Assembly: GCF_000092105.1 (NCBI RefSeq) | Contig: NC_014148.1 | Coordinates: 3,090,001 to 3,122,000, forward strand | Source of the DNA: Planctopirus limnophila DSM 3776 | GTDB lineage: Bacteria; Planctomycetota; Planctomycetia; Planctomycetales; Planctomycetaceae | DNA length: 32,000 nucleotides | Direction: 5' to 3' | Part shown: positions 1 to 8,583 of the stretch, piece after piece | How positions within the stretch are numbered: the stretch's first letter is position 1 | Layout of the letters: each line of letters starts with the position of its first letter | Program-made: the position numbers and the translations under genes | The notes under the pieces: model-generated | What the model was told of the DNA's origin: nothing | The model's input: only the letters and a program-made list of their open reading frames with translations | Databases searched by the model: none

Positions 1-510
1 TATGGGCGAACCGGCACCCACTGCTCCGGCCCCCATGCCGCCATAGAATGAACTGCGGCTGGTGTTGAAGACTCGCCCGGCGACATCCTGGATCGCCCCG
101 TCATGATGATTGTAATTCAACCCCGAGCGAATCGATGGGAGCCACAAGGTATCGGCCTGTTCGACACGGGCATAAGCCTCGTTGATTCGCTCCCGTGCCA
201 ACGCGATGTTCGGGTTCTGAACATCGGCGAGGTAGAGAATGTTCCCCAGGCTCAACTGATATGCACTCGCTGAAGGCGCTGTATTGAAACGTCCCGCCTG
301 TTCCTCAGTCGCGAGCGTGGCATCGTTGTAGCCGGGCGGGATTTCATCGACGGAAGTTTTTTCACTGGAGGCGAGTGTCACATAGGTGGTATCGCTGATT
401 GGTTCGTCGCTGAGTGGTTCGCTGCTCTCAATGCCTTCGCTTATTGATGCAGCGGCGGCGGAAGATTCCTGTGGTGGCTGTCGATTCTCGAATCTGTCCT
501 CAACGGCCAA
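1..510 (-). CDS. TolC/OprM-type outer membrane efflux protein, N-terminal part (gene continues past the left edge)
   Basis: Absent from the ORF track because it runs off the edge. Manual translation of the minus frame (codons at 3k+1..3k+3) gives ...SLGNILYLADVQNPNIALARERINEAYARVEQADTLWLPSIRSGLNYNHHDGAIQDVAGRVFNTSRSSFYGGMGAGAVGAGSPI. This is the typical N-terminal repeat region of outer membrane factor proteins. The frame is open from an in-frame TAA (plus 751-753) down to position 1. The only canonical in-frame starts are TTG at 510 and GTG at 381, so the 5' end is uncertain. Confidence 0.55.
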   Translation of the reverse strand, partial: MAVEDRFENRQPPQESSAAAASISEGIESSEPLSDEPISDTTYVTLASSEKTSVDEIPPGYNDATLATEEQAGRFNTAPSASAYQLSLGNILYLADVQNPNIALARERINEAYARVEQADTLWLPSIRSGLNYNHHDGAIQDVAGRVFNTSRSSFYGGMGAGAVGAGSPI

Positions 511-699
511 AAGATCACTCGCTACATGGCCAGTTCCTTGGCCTGTATTATCAGAAATTGCAAACCCTTTGAAAAAGTGATGTTGCCCTGAGTATGGGGT
601 TCGAACAGGCTGCGGAACAAAGTTCTCGACAATCAGAGTTGGCCGACGTCGTCCTCCTTTGATTCGCTCGTATGAGACGAATTGATTTTGAGGAATTCG

Positions 700-2232
700 A
701 TGATGGCTTCTCGATTTTGGCTGACATGCCTCTTCATTGCCGGATTCTGCTTATCCGCGTCCGCCGCAGACAAGCCAAATATTCTCGTGATCATGGCGGA
801 CGACGTCGGATGGATGAACGTCTCTTCCTACGGCGGCGACATCATGGGTATTCGCACGCCGAACATAGACCGCATCGGCCAGGAGGGCATTCGCTTCACG
901 TCGTTCTATGCGCAACCAAGTTGTACAGCCGGACGAGCGGCATTCCTGACCGGCCAGCTTCCTGTGCGGACTGGATTGACAACCGTCGGCACACCCGGTT
1001 CCCCGGCCGGATTGCAAAAGGAAGACATCACGCTCGCGGAGATTCTCAAGACGAAGGGCTATTCGACTGCCCAGTTCGGCAAGAATCACCTCGGTGACCT
1101 CGAAGAGCATCTGCCACACCGGCACGGCTTCGACGAGTACTTCGGCAACCTTTACCATCTCAACGGCAATGAGGATCTGGAAGATCCGGACCGGCCGACC
1201 GATCCCGAGTTCCGCAAGAAGTTCGATCCGCGCGGAGTCGTTTCCGGCACGGCCGATGGCCCGACGAAGGATGAGGGTCCATTGACGACCAAGCGGATGG
1301 AAACCTTTGACGATGAGATCGTCGCCAAATCACTCGATTTTCTCGACCGCAAGGCCAAGGATCAGAAACCATTTTTCCTCTGGCACTGCTCCGCCCGCCT
1401 GCATGTGTTCTTTCACTTCAAAGAAGGCGTTCGCGGGAAGTCGCGAGCCGGTCGCGAAGATGTTTACGGCGATGCTCTTGCCGAACACGACGGCCATATC
1501 GGTCAACTTCTGGCGAAGCTGGAGGCCACAGGCCTCGATAAGAACACCATCGTCGTTTATGTGACCGATAACGGGGCCTATCAATACATGTGGCCCGAAG
1601 GCGGCACCAGTCCTTTCCGCGGCGATAAGGGGACGACTTGGGAGGGCGGCGTTCGCGCCCCGTGCATGGTCCGCTGGCCCGGAGCGGTCGGTGGTCGCGT
1701 TAGCAGCGAGATCGTGGACATGACGGATCTCTTGCCCACACTGGCATCTGCCGCTGGCGAGACTGACGCCGTCGAAAAGCTGAAAAAGGGTGCCGACTAC
1801 GGCGGCAAGAACTACAAGGTGCATCTCGATGGCTACGATCAGACGGCCCTCTTTACCGGCAAGAGCGACAAGTCCGCTCGCAAATTCGTCTTCTACTACG
1901 ACGAGACCGTGCTCACAGCCATCCGCTACGAATCATTCAAGGTTACCTTTTCCATCAAGGAGGGCGGACATTGGGATGACCCGCTGGTCGGCCTCGGCCG
2001 ACCGATGATCACCAACCTGCGGATGGACCCCTTTGAGCGACAAACCGGAGACGTGAACCGCCAGTATGCGGAACACAAGACCTGGGTGCTCACGCCGATC
2101 GTTGGCATCGCGGAGAAACACTTGACGACCTTTCGTGACTTTCCCGTCCGCCAGCTTGGGCTGAGTGCCCAGATGGCGAAGACGCTCGAAGGTATCCAGT
2201 CGCAGATCTTGAAACTCAAGCCGAATAACTAA
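700..2232 (+). CDS. Secreted S1-family sulfatase (arylsulfatase-like)
   Basis: ORF 682..2232 starts at TTG. I prefer ATG 700 (GAGGA 5 nt upstream), which gives the signal peptide MMASRFWLTCLFIAGFCLSASA. Sulfatase hallmarks are NILVIMADDVGW, the active-site motif SCTAGRAAFLTG (Cys codon 922-924, C-x-A-x-R variant), GKNHLGD and YVTDNGA. Confidence 0.9.
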   Translation: MMASRFWLTCLFIAGFCLSASAADKPNILVIMADDVGWMNVSSYGGDIMGIRTPNIDRIGQEGIRFTSFYAQPSCTAGRAAFLTGQLPVRTGLTTVGTPGSPAGLQKEDITLAEILKTKGYSTAQFGKNHLGDLEEHLPHRHGFDEYFGNLYHLNGNEDLEDPDRPTDPEFRKKFDPRGVVSGTADGPTKDEGPLTTKRMETFDDEIVAKSLDFLDRKAKDQKPFFLWHCSARLHVFFHFKEGVRGKSRAGREDVYGDALAEHDGHIGQLLAKLEATGLDKNTIVVYVTDNGAYQYMWPEGGTSPFRGDKGTTWEGGVRAPCMVRWPGAVGGRVSSEIVDMTDLLPTLASAAGETDAVEKLKKGADYGGKNYKVHLDGYDQTALFTGKSDKSARKFVFYYDETVLTAIRYESFKVTFSIKEGGHWDDPLVGLGRPMITNLRMDPFERQTGDVNRQYAEHKTWVLTPIVGIAEKHLTTFRDFPVRQLGLSAQMAKTLEGIQSQILKLKPNN

Positions 2233-2261
2233 TCGATTCCCGAAGCTGAAGAATTCGTTCC

Positions 2262-4625
2262 ATGAACATCAGATCGCTATTGGCCGTTCTCAGCCTCGCG
2301 CTGGGAGTCGGGTTCGCGTCAACGGCAGACTCTCAAGAGATTTTGCCTTTCCCCCCCGCGCCGTCCGGCTCCACTCCCGGGCTGACGATCCAGGATTCCA
2401 CCTACAAGAAACGCGTCGAGCCGAAGCGGCTGGCCGAAAATGTGCCGAACATCCTCATCATCCTTATGGACGATGTGGGCCCGGGGACAGCCTCAACCTA
2501 TGGCGGTGAGATCAACACGCCGACGCTTGAACGCGTGGCGAAGCTGGGTGTTTCGTTCAATCGCTTCCACTCCACGGCCATGTGCTCGCCTACGCGGGCG
2601 GCACTGCTCACCGGGCGCAATCACACCCGCGTCGGCAACGGTCAGATCGCGGCCATTGCCAACGACTTCGACGGTTTCAACGGCACAATCCCGAAGTCCT
2701 CTGCCACAGTCGCCGAAGTACTCAAGAACTATGGCTATAACACAGGTGCCTGGGGGAAATGGCACAACACACCGGAGGAACAGATCACCTCCAAAGGACC
2801 GTTCGAGTATTGGCCCACCGGCTATGGCTTCGAGTATTTCTATGGTTTTCTCGCGGGCGAGGCTTCGCAGTACGAGCCGACGCTGACCCGCAATACTTCG
2901 CCAGTTACCGAGCATCTCCCCCAAGGCTACCACTTCACGGATGACATCGCGCAGGACGCGATCACCTGGCTGCGGGAACAGAAGGCGTATGCGCCGGACA
3001 AGCCGTTCTTCATGTACTGGGCGCCCGGTGCCTCGCACGGTCCGCATCAGGTGATGAAGGAGTGGGCTGACAAGTACAAGGGGAAGTTCGATGACGGCTG
3101 GGACAAGTATCGAGAGCGCGTCTTCGCGAGGGCCAAGGCCAAGGGCTGGATTCCGCAGACGGCACAACTCACGCCGCGCCCAGAGTCGATGGCTTCGTGG
3201 GATTCGATCCCCGATGAGGAAAAGCCGTTCCAGCGTCGATTGATGGAAGTCTTCGCCGGTTTCACTGAGCACGCCGACTTCAATGCAGGCCGCGTGATTG
3301 ATGAAATCGAACGCCAGGGCAAGCTCGATAACACGCTTATCTTCTACATTTGGGGCGATAACGGCTCTTCCGCTGAAGGGCTGTATGGCACGATCAGCGA
3401 GCAACTCGCACAGAATGGTATCCCGACCAAGATTTCACAGCACCTTGAGGCGCTGGAGGAACTCGGTGGTCTCGACGCGCTGGGCGGCCCGAAAACCGAC
3501 AACATGTATCACGCGGGCTGGGCCTGGGCGGGCAGCACTCCCTACAAATCCACCAAGCTCGTTGGTGCGCACTTCGGAGGCACCCGACAGCCGATGGCCG
3601 TCGCCTGGCCGAAGCGCATAAAGGCGGACCCGACAGCGCGATCACAGTTCCACCACGTCATCGACATTGTGCCGACGATTTACGAACTGACCAGGATCAC
3701 GCCGCCAAAAGTTGTGAACGGGTTCGAGCAAGATTCGATTGACGGAGTCAGCATGGCCTATGCATTGGGCGACGCCCAGGCACCGGGAACGCGGAAGACA
3801 CAGTTCTTCGACATCATGGCCAGCCGCGGTATTTACCACGACGGTTGGTTTGCCAGCGCACCGGGACCGCGTGAACCCTGGGTGGGTGGGCTCCCAAAGG
3901 GAATCAAGGAGTGGTCACCACTGACGGACAAGTGGGAGCTTTACAACCTTGATGAAGACTGGAGCCAGGCGAACGATCTCGCCGCAACGAATCCGAAGAA
4001 ACTCGAAGAGCTGAAACTGCTCTTCTTGCTCGAGTCCACGAAGAACAAGAATCTGCCCATCGGTGGTGGCTTGTGGTCCACCGCGCTGTTCCATCCCGAA
4101 GACTCGCCTGCTTCCGCGCTCACGGAATGGACATTCGATGCCCCGATCACCCGGATGCCAGAGTCCGCTGCGCCCAAGCTCGGCAAGCAGGACAGCCTGG
4201 TGAGCATGGAGGTGGACGTGCCAGAAAATGCAAACGGCGTGCTCTATGCCCTGGCAGGCTTTTCCGGCGGCATCACCTGCTACCTGAAAGACGGCTTCCT
4301 GTGCTACGAGTTCAATCTGTTTGAGATTCAGCGCACCAAGCTCAAGTCCAAAGACAAACTCCCGACGGGCAAGGTGAAAATTGAAGTCGAATCCAAGTTG
4401 GCGGCCAAAATCGGCGGGCCGATGGATGTCACGCTCAGGGTGAATGGCAAAGACGTGGCACAAGGCCGTGTGCCAGCCGCGATGTCCCTGCACTTCACGT
4501 CGAATGCGACTTTCGACATCGGCGCAGACTTGGACTCCCCGGTCTCGCTCGATTACTTCGACCAGGCACCGTTCAAGTTCAATGGCACGATCGGCGCCAC
4601 GAAGATCGCCTATCCCAAGAAATAG
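2262..4625 (+). CDS. Large secreted arylsulfatase (long AtsA-like type, 787 aa)
   Basis: Signal peptide MNIRSLLAVLSLALGVGFASTA. Motifs NILIILMDDVGPG, MCSPTRAALLTGRNH (C-x-P-x-R), GKWHNTP and WGDNGSSAEG. A long C-terminal domain follows the catalytic core. Starts 29 nt after the upstream sulfatase stop. Confidence 0.9.
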   Translation: MNIRSLLAVLSLALGVGFASTADSQEILPFPPAPSGSTPGLTIQDSTYKKRVEPKRLAENVPNILIILMDDVGPGTASTYGGEINTPTLERVAKLGVSFNRFHSTAMCSPTRAALLTGRNHTRVGNGQIAAIANDFDGFNGTIPKSSATVAEVLKNYGYNTGAWGKWHNTPEEQITSKGPFEYWPTGYGFEYFYGFLAGEASQYEPTLTRNTSPVTEHLPQGYHFTDDIAQDAITWLREQKAYAPDKPFFMYWAPGASHGPHQVMKEWADKYKGKFDDGWDKYRERVFARAKAKGWIPQTAQLTPRPESMASWDSIPDEEKPFQRRLMEVFAGFTEHADFNAGRVIDEIERQGKLDNTLIFYIWGDNGSSAEGLYGTISEQLAQNGIPTKISQHLEALEELGGLDALGGPKTDNMYHAGWAWAGSTPYKSTKLVGAHFGGTRQPMAVAWPKRIKADPTARSQFHHVIDIVPTIYELTRITPPKVVNGFEQDSIDGVSMAYALGDAQAPGTRKTQFFDIMASRGIYHDGWFASAPGPREPWVGGLPKGIKEWSPLTDKWELYNLDEDWSQANDLAATNPKKLEELKLLFLLESTKNKNLPIGGGLWSTALFHPEDSPASALTEWTFDAPITRMPESAAPKLGKQDSLVSMEVDVPENANGVLYALAGFSGGITCYLKDGFLCYEFNLFEIQRTKLKSKDKLPTGKVKIEVESKLAAKIGGPMDVTLRVNGKDVAQGRVPAAMSLHFTSNATFDIGADLDSPVSLDYFDQAPFKFNGTIGATKIAYPKK

Positions 4626-4634
4626 TACCGGAAT

Positions 4635-5312
4635 GTGATGCGAGACAAACTCAGTCATTCATATGCAGCAGTCAAGACGACCGCCTTGGGCGGTCTCTTG
4701 TTCCTGGTACCGATTATCGTCATCGGTATCGCGCTGGGTTACGTGTACAGCATTGCGGCGGGCAGCTACCACCATGTGAAGCCGTGGATCCCGTTCGACA
4801 AGGCAACCGGCGTCGCGCTCGTGTTCTGTTTGGCGACCGTGGCACTTTTGTTGACCTGCTTTGTGTTCGGACTCCTCGCACAACGGGCCATTGGACGTCA
4901 TTTCACGCGGACAATTGAGCAGCAGCTGATCAAGGTCTATCCGAAATACGCGATTTATAAAGATCTGCTCGCTGGAAAACTCGGTGGAGATGACAACGTG
5001 CCGTCGTTGCGTCCCGTACTGGTGCGGAAAGAAGGCCTTCTCCTCTTGGCGTTTGAAGCGGATCGATTGGCTTCAGGACACGTCGTGATTTACTTCCCTG
5101 GTGCCCCCGATGCCTGGACCGGTTCAATGGCTTTGGTCGAGGGAGCACAAGTACGACCGATTAATTTGCCATTTTCCCAAATGATCGGCATCAGCGAACG
5201 CCTGGGACGTCAATCCAGTTCGCTGCTTGATGCCCTGGAGTTGGGCGAAATAGCCGCGTTTGATAGCTCGCCTGATTCCTTGAAGGCGTCTGTGTCCAAG
5301 GTGTCAAACTAG
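4635..5312 (+). CDS. DUF502-like integral membrane protein
   Basis: GTG 4635 (ATG at 4638), 9 nt after the upstream stop; ends 12 nt before the next start. Two hydrophobic helices (LGGLLFLVPIIVIGIALGYVY and GVALVFCLATVALLLTCFVFGLL). These are followed by IEQQLIKVYPKYAIYKDL and YFPGAPDAWTGSMALVEGAQVRPINLPFSQMIGISERLG. Both match my memory of the DUF502 pattern (..riP....iY.. and ..P..PnPtsG....v.......s.......iiS.G). The family call is from memory. Confidence 0.7.
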   Translation: MMRDKLSHSYAAVKTTALGGLLFLVPIIVIGIALGYVYSIAAGSYHHVKPWIPFDKATGVALVFCLATVALLLTCFVFGLLAQRAIGRHFTRTIEQQLIKVYPKYAIYKDLLAGKLGGDDNVPSLRPVLVRKEGLLLLAFEADRLASGHVVIYFPGAPDAWTGSMALVEGAQVRPINLPFSQMIGISERLGRQSSSLLDALELGEIAAFDSSPDSLKASVSKVSN

Positions 5313-5324
5313 ACGATCTGTTCG

Positions 5325-7751
5325 ATGACTGGGAAAGCCATTATGCGACAGCGAACAATGACCAACACCGTGGTCGCCCTCATCTGCGGCATGCTTGGGA
5401 GCGGCCTGGGGATGTGCGGCACACTCACCGACGTACTTGGTCAAAACAAGGCGCGTCCAGCGCAGGTAGAAGGTACTGTCCTGCCGTTTCCGCCGGCTCC
5501 GACTGCCAGTAAGGCGGGGCCAACGCTGCAAGAATCCATCCATAAGCGTCGCATCGAGCCGAATCGGTTGCCGAAAGGCGCGCCGAACGTGCTGATCGTA
5601 CTCATCGACGACGCCGGGTTCGGCGTGCCGGACACCTTCGGTGGTTTCGCGCACACGCCGACGCTGTCGAGATTGCGTGACGAGGGCATCAGTTACAACC
5701 GCTTCCATACCACATCGATCTGCTCGCCGACCCGTGCTGCTTTGCTCACCGGTCGTAATCACCAGCGAGTTGGAAATGGCACCATCGCCGAGCGTGCGGT
5801 GGATTGGGACGGTTACACCGGCATCATGCCGAAGACAGCCGCGACGATGGCAGAGGTGCTGAAGAACTACGGTTACAAGACATCTGCCTTCGGCAAATGG
5901 CATAACACGCCCGCCGACCAAACCACCGCGATGGGGCCGTTCAACTATTGGCCCACGGGCTATGGCTTCGAATACTTCTACGGCTTCCTGGCCGGAGAAA
6001 CTTCGCAATGGGAGCCGCGCCTTGTCGAGAACACGACAGCCATCGAGCCGCCGCACGATGAGAACTACCACCTGACTGAGGACATGGCTGACAAGGGAAT
6101 CACCTGGCTGAAGAAGCATCGCGCGTTTTCCCCGGATAAGCCGTTCCTCATGTACTGGGCTCCCGGCGGCGTCCACGGCCCGCACCACGTCACCGCATCC
6201 TGGGCTGACAAATACAAGGGAAAGTTCGATCAAGGTTGGGACAAGCTGCGCGAGGAAGTCTTCGCCCGCCAGAAGACGCTTGGCTGGATACCCGCCAGCG
6301 CTGAACTCACACCGCGAGACGCGACTATGCCCGCCTGGGGGGACATCCCTGAAGCGGAACGGGCTTTCCAAACGCGGCTGATGGAACTCTATGCTGGTTT
6401 CTGCGAACATACAGATGCTCAGGTCGGCAAGCTGGTCGATTTCCTCGATGAATCTGGTCAGCGCGACAACACGATCATCCTCTACCTTTGGGGCGACAAC
6501 GGCTCGTCGGCCGAAGGTCAGAACGACTCTATTAGCGAACTCCTCGCGCAGAACCAGATCCCCAACACCATCGCACAGCAGATCAAGGCGCTTGAGGGAC
6601 TGGGCGGCCTGAAGGCGCTGGGCGGACCATTGACCGACAACATCTATCATGCGAGCTGGGCCTGGGCTGGGAGCACTCCCTTCCGTTCTACGAAACTCGT
6701 CGCGGCTCATTTTGGCGGCACACGTAACCCGCTCGTCGTATCTTGGCCGAAGAGAATCAAGGCCGATAAGACTCCACGCTCTCAGTTCTATCATGTCAAC
6801 GACATCGTTCCGACGCTCTATGACGTGATCGGCATCAAGGCCCCGAACGAAGTGAACGGGTTCCCGCAGGACCCCATCGACGGCGTCAGCATGGCCGCCA
6901 GCTTTGCCGACCCGAAGGCACCAGAGAATAAACACGTCCAGTATTTCGACAACAACGGCAGCGACGGCATTTACAAGGATGGCTGGTATGCCTGCACATT
7001 TGGGCCGCTCAGCCCCTGGCTGAATGCCCAGCCCGGACTCGATCAATGGGATTCCTCGAAAGCCGTCTGGGAGCTGTATGACCTCACCAAGGACTTTTCG
7101 CAGATGCACGACCTCGCGAAAGAGCATCCGGAGAAAGTCGAGGAAATGAAGAAGCTCTTTCTGGCACAGGCTGAGGAAAACAAAGCATTCCCCATCGGGG
7201 CTGGCATCTGGCTGCGAATCCATCCCGAAGACCGGATCAAATCACCCTACACGAGCTGGGTTTTCGATGACACCACCACCCGCATGCCAGAGTTCACAGC
7301 GCCCGCGTTAGGCAACCACAACAACATCGTCACTATCGATCTTGATTGCGGCAAGGAAGCCAGCGGCGTGCTCTATGCGATGGGCGGCTCGGGCGGCGGC
7401 TTGACCTGCTACATGGACAAGGGCTATCTGATCTTTGAATACAATCTCATGATCATAGACCGATCCATTGCGAAGTCGGCGGAAAAGATCGCCCCCGGCA
7501 AGCACACCATTGTCGTGAACACCGCACTCAGGGCCGCCAAACCCGGTGCGCCAGCCGACATCGTGCTCACTGTGGACGGCAAGGAAGTCGGTCGCACCAC
7601 GGCGAAGATGACTGTGCCCGCCGCATTCACCGCCAGCGAAAGTTTCGATGTTGGCATTGATCTTGGCTCAACGGTCTCCCGCGACTACTTTGAACGGCGT
7701 CCGTTTAAGTTCGATGGAAAGATCAGCAAGGTAAACGTGGCATTGGAGTGA
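5325..7751 (+). CDS. Large secreted arylsulfatase, paralog of 2262..4625 (808 aa)
   Basis: Roughly 60 percent identical by eye to the 2262..4625 product. Shared blocks are LPFPPAP, (M/I)CSPTRAALLTGRNH, YWPTGYGFEYFYGFLAGE, WADKYKGKFD, WGDNGSSAEG and HA(G/S)WAWAGSTP. Hydrophobic N-terminus MTNTVVALICGMLGSGLGMCG. Alternative starts at 5343 and 5358. Confidence 0.9.
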   Translation: MTGKAIMRQRTMTNTVVALICGMLGSGLGMCGTLTDVLGQNKARPAQVEGTVLPFPPAPTASKAGPTLQESIHKRRIEPNRLPKGAPNVLIVLIDDAGFGVPDTFGGFAHTPTLSRLRDEGISYNRFHTTSICSPTRAALLTGRNHQRVGNGTIAERAVDWDGYTGIMPKTAATMAEVLKNYGYKTSAFGKWHNTPADQTTAMGPFNYWPTGYGFEYFYGFLAGETSQWEPRLVENTTAIEPPHDENYHLTEDMADKGITWLKKHRAFSPDKPFLMYWAPGGVHGPHHVTASWADKYKGKFDQGWDKLREEVFARQKTLGWIPASAELTPRDATMPAWGDIPEAERAFQTRLMELYAGFCEHTDAQVGKLVDFLDESGQRDNTIILYLWGDNGSSAEGQNDSISELLAQNQIPNTIAQQIKALEGLGGLKALGGPLTDNIYHASWAWAGSTPFRSTKLVAAHFGGTRNPLVVSWPKRIKADKTPRSQFYHVNDIVPTLYDVIGIKAPNEVNGFPQDPIDGVSMAASFADPKAPENKHVQYFDNNGSDGIYKDGWYACTFGPLSPWLNAQPGLDQWDSSKAVWELYDLTKDFSQMHDLAKEHPEKVEEMKKLFLAQAEENKAFPIGAGIWLRIHPEDRIKSPYTSWVFDDTTTRMPEFTAPALGNHNNIVTIDLDCGKEASGVLYAMGGSGGGLTCYMDKGYLIFEYNLMIIDRSIAKSAEKIAPGKHTIVVNTALRAAKPGAPADIVLTVDGKEVGRTTAKMTVPAAFTASESFDVGIDLGSTVSRDYFERRPFKFDGKISKVNVALE

Positions 7752-8295
7752 ATTCGAAAGTCTACAGCGCAGAGCGATTCGCCAGTGCGAAAGGCAGTAC
7801 TGAGTTTGAACATGAGTTCAATTCATGAGGCTGAAAGCTTCTCTTTGAAAGTTGTTATCGGACAGGAGTCGCATGACTTGATTCTGTTGAGAACTTGGGG
7901 TACCGGTGCCCGACTGAGGCAAAGAAAACGGGCCAAAGTCGCCCTGCAATTGAACTTGTCGGAGTCGAACAGGGACTGGTAGTACCCGGCCAGATAGAGC
8001 GGATCAGATCGAACGGGGTTGCGGATGTGCAAATCGTGATGATCAAAGATCGACGCAACCTATTGATGTGCATGGTGCCTCGGTCTACGAATCCTTTAAT
8101 CGAGTTGAGACAGCTTTGGGGAGATTTCCGACAATCGCCCCTTGCTGGTTGCGGTAAGCATCGCCCCGGCCGAACGTCTCACACCGTCAAGATTTGCGAA
8201 ATCGGAAGAGACACGAGTAGCGACGTGGTTTCTTGATTCCACGACGATACCCCTTCCGAAAAAAGTTCTATCGATGTCCTCTTGCCTCCACTTCA

Positions 8296-8335
8296 AAGGC
8301 CCTTAAACCAACAGGTTTAAGGGCCTTTTTCGTTT
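8296..8335 (+). terminator. Rho-independent terminator-like hairpin (plus-strand orientation)
   Basis: Perfect 14-bp stem AAGGCCCTTAAACC (8296-8309) / GGTTTAAGGGCCTT (8314-8327), loop AACA, then TTTTTCGTTT. Read on the minus strand, the stem is followed only by TTTG. Confidence 0.6.
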
Positions 8336-8583
8336 GCAGCTTCTCAGCCCGCTCACGATTTGTTGAGCGGTGGGTCAATTCGCAAGGGCTTGGGTGAAGG
8401 CTCTTTCCCGACTTGCTCTTTCCAGAGCGGACTCGACTGTACTGGATCCGCCAAAGCGTATTGCAGGCGTGATACAGCCTCAGTCAGGCGGCAAGGAACC
8501 AGCCGGTGGCGTGGCAGAGCTGGAACTGGGAGATCCTGCCAGATGTTATCGCAGAATGGGACGATCAATCACGGAAGCAGTGG

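Noticed and set aside
672-1097. 141-aa plus-strand ORF overlapping the first sulfatase in another frame.
   Set aside because: It is an Arg/His-rich alternative frame of a clearly coding sulfatase gene, with no motifs.
5304-7223. 639-aa minus-strand ORF, the longest of several long antisense ORFs. The others are 2493..3404, 3915..4658, 1330..1824, 12384..12998, 15452..16384, 17104..17670, 21868..22590, 23470..24354 and 25091..26023.
   Set aside because: Each lies entirely antisense to a gene with unmistakable family motifs (sulfatases, hydrolase, SufC/B/D). The translations are Arg/Gly/Pro/Val-rich with no recognisable domains. These are typical shadow ORFs of GC-biased coding DNA.
7896-8253. 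Possible tmRNA (ssrA). The ~358-nt span starts with GGGGTAC, ends with ATACCCC, and has a CGTGG...CCACG arm near the 3' end, in a gene-less region upstream of a terminator.
   Set aside because: No G3:U70 wobble pair (position 3 would pair with C). The T-loop would be 10 nt instead of 7 and lacks the GTTCRANYC pattern. Three extra nucleotides sit between the T-arm and the acceptor strand. No reading frame ends in an ALAA-like tag. The similarity to the 5' consensus GGGGCUGAUUCUGGAUUCGAC is weak.
8353-8568. 71-codon TTG-start minus-strand ORF between the PQQ-propeller stop and the 8296 hairpin. It could make a neat gene-plus-terminator unit.
   Set aside because: Pro-rich low-complexity translation, no ribosome-binding site, a rare start codon, and a hairpin that lacks a U-tract in the minus orientation.
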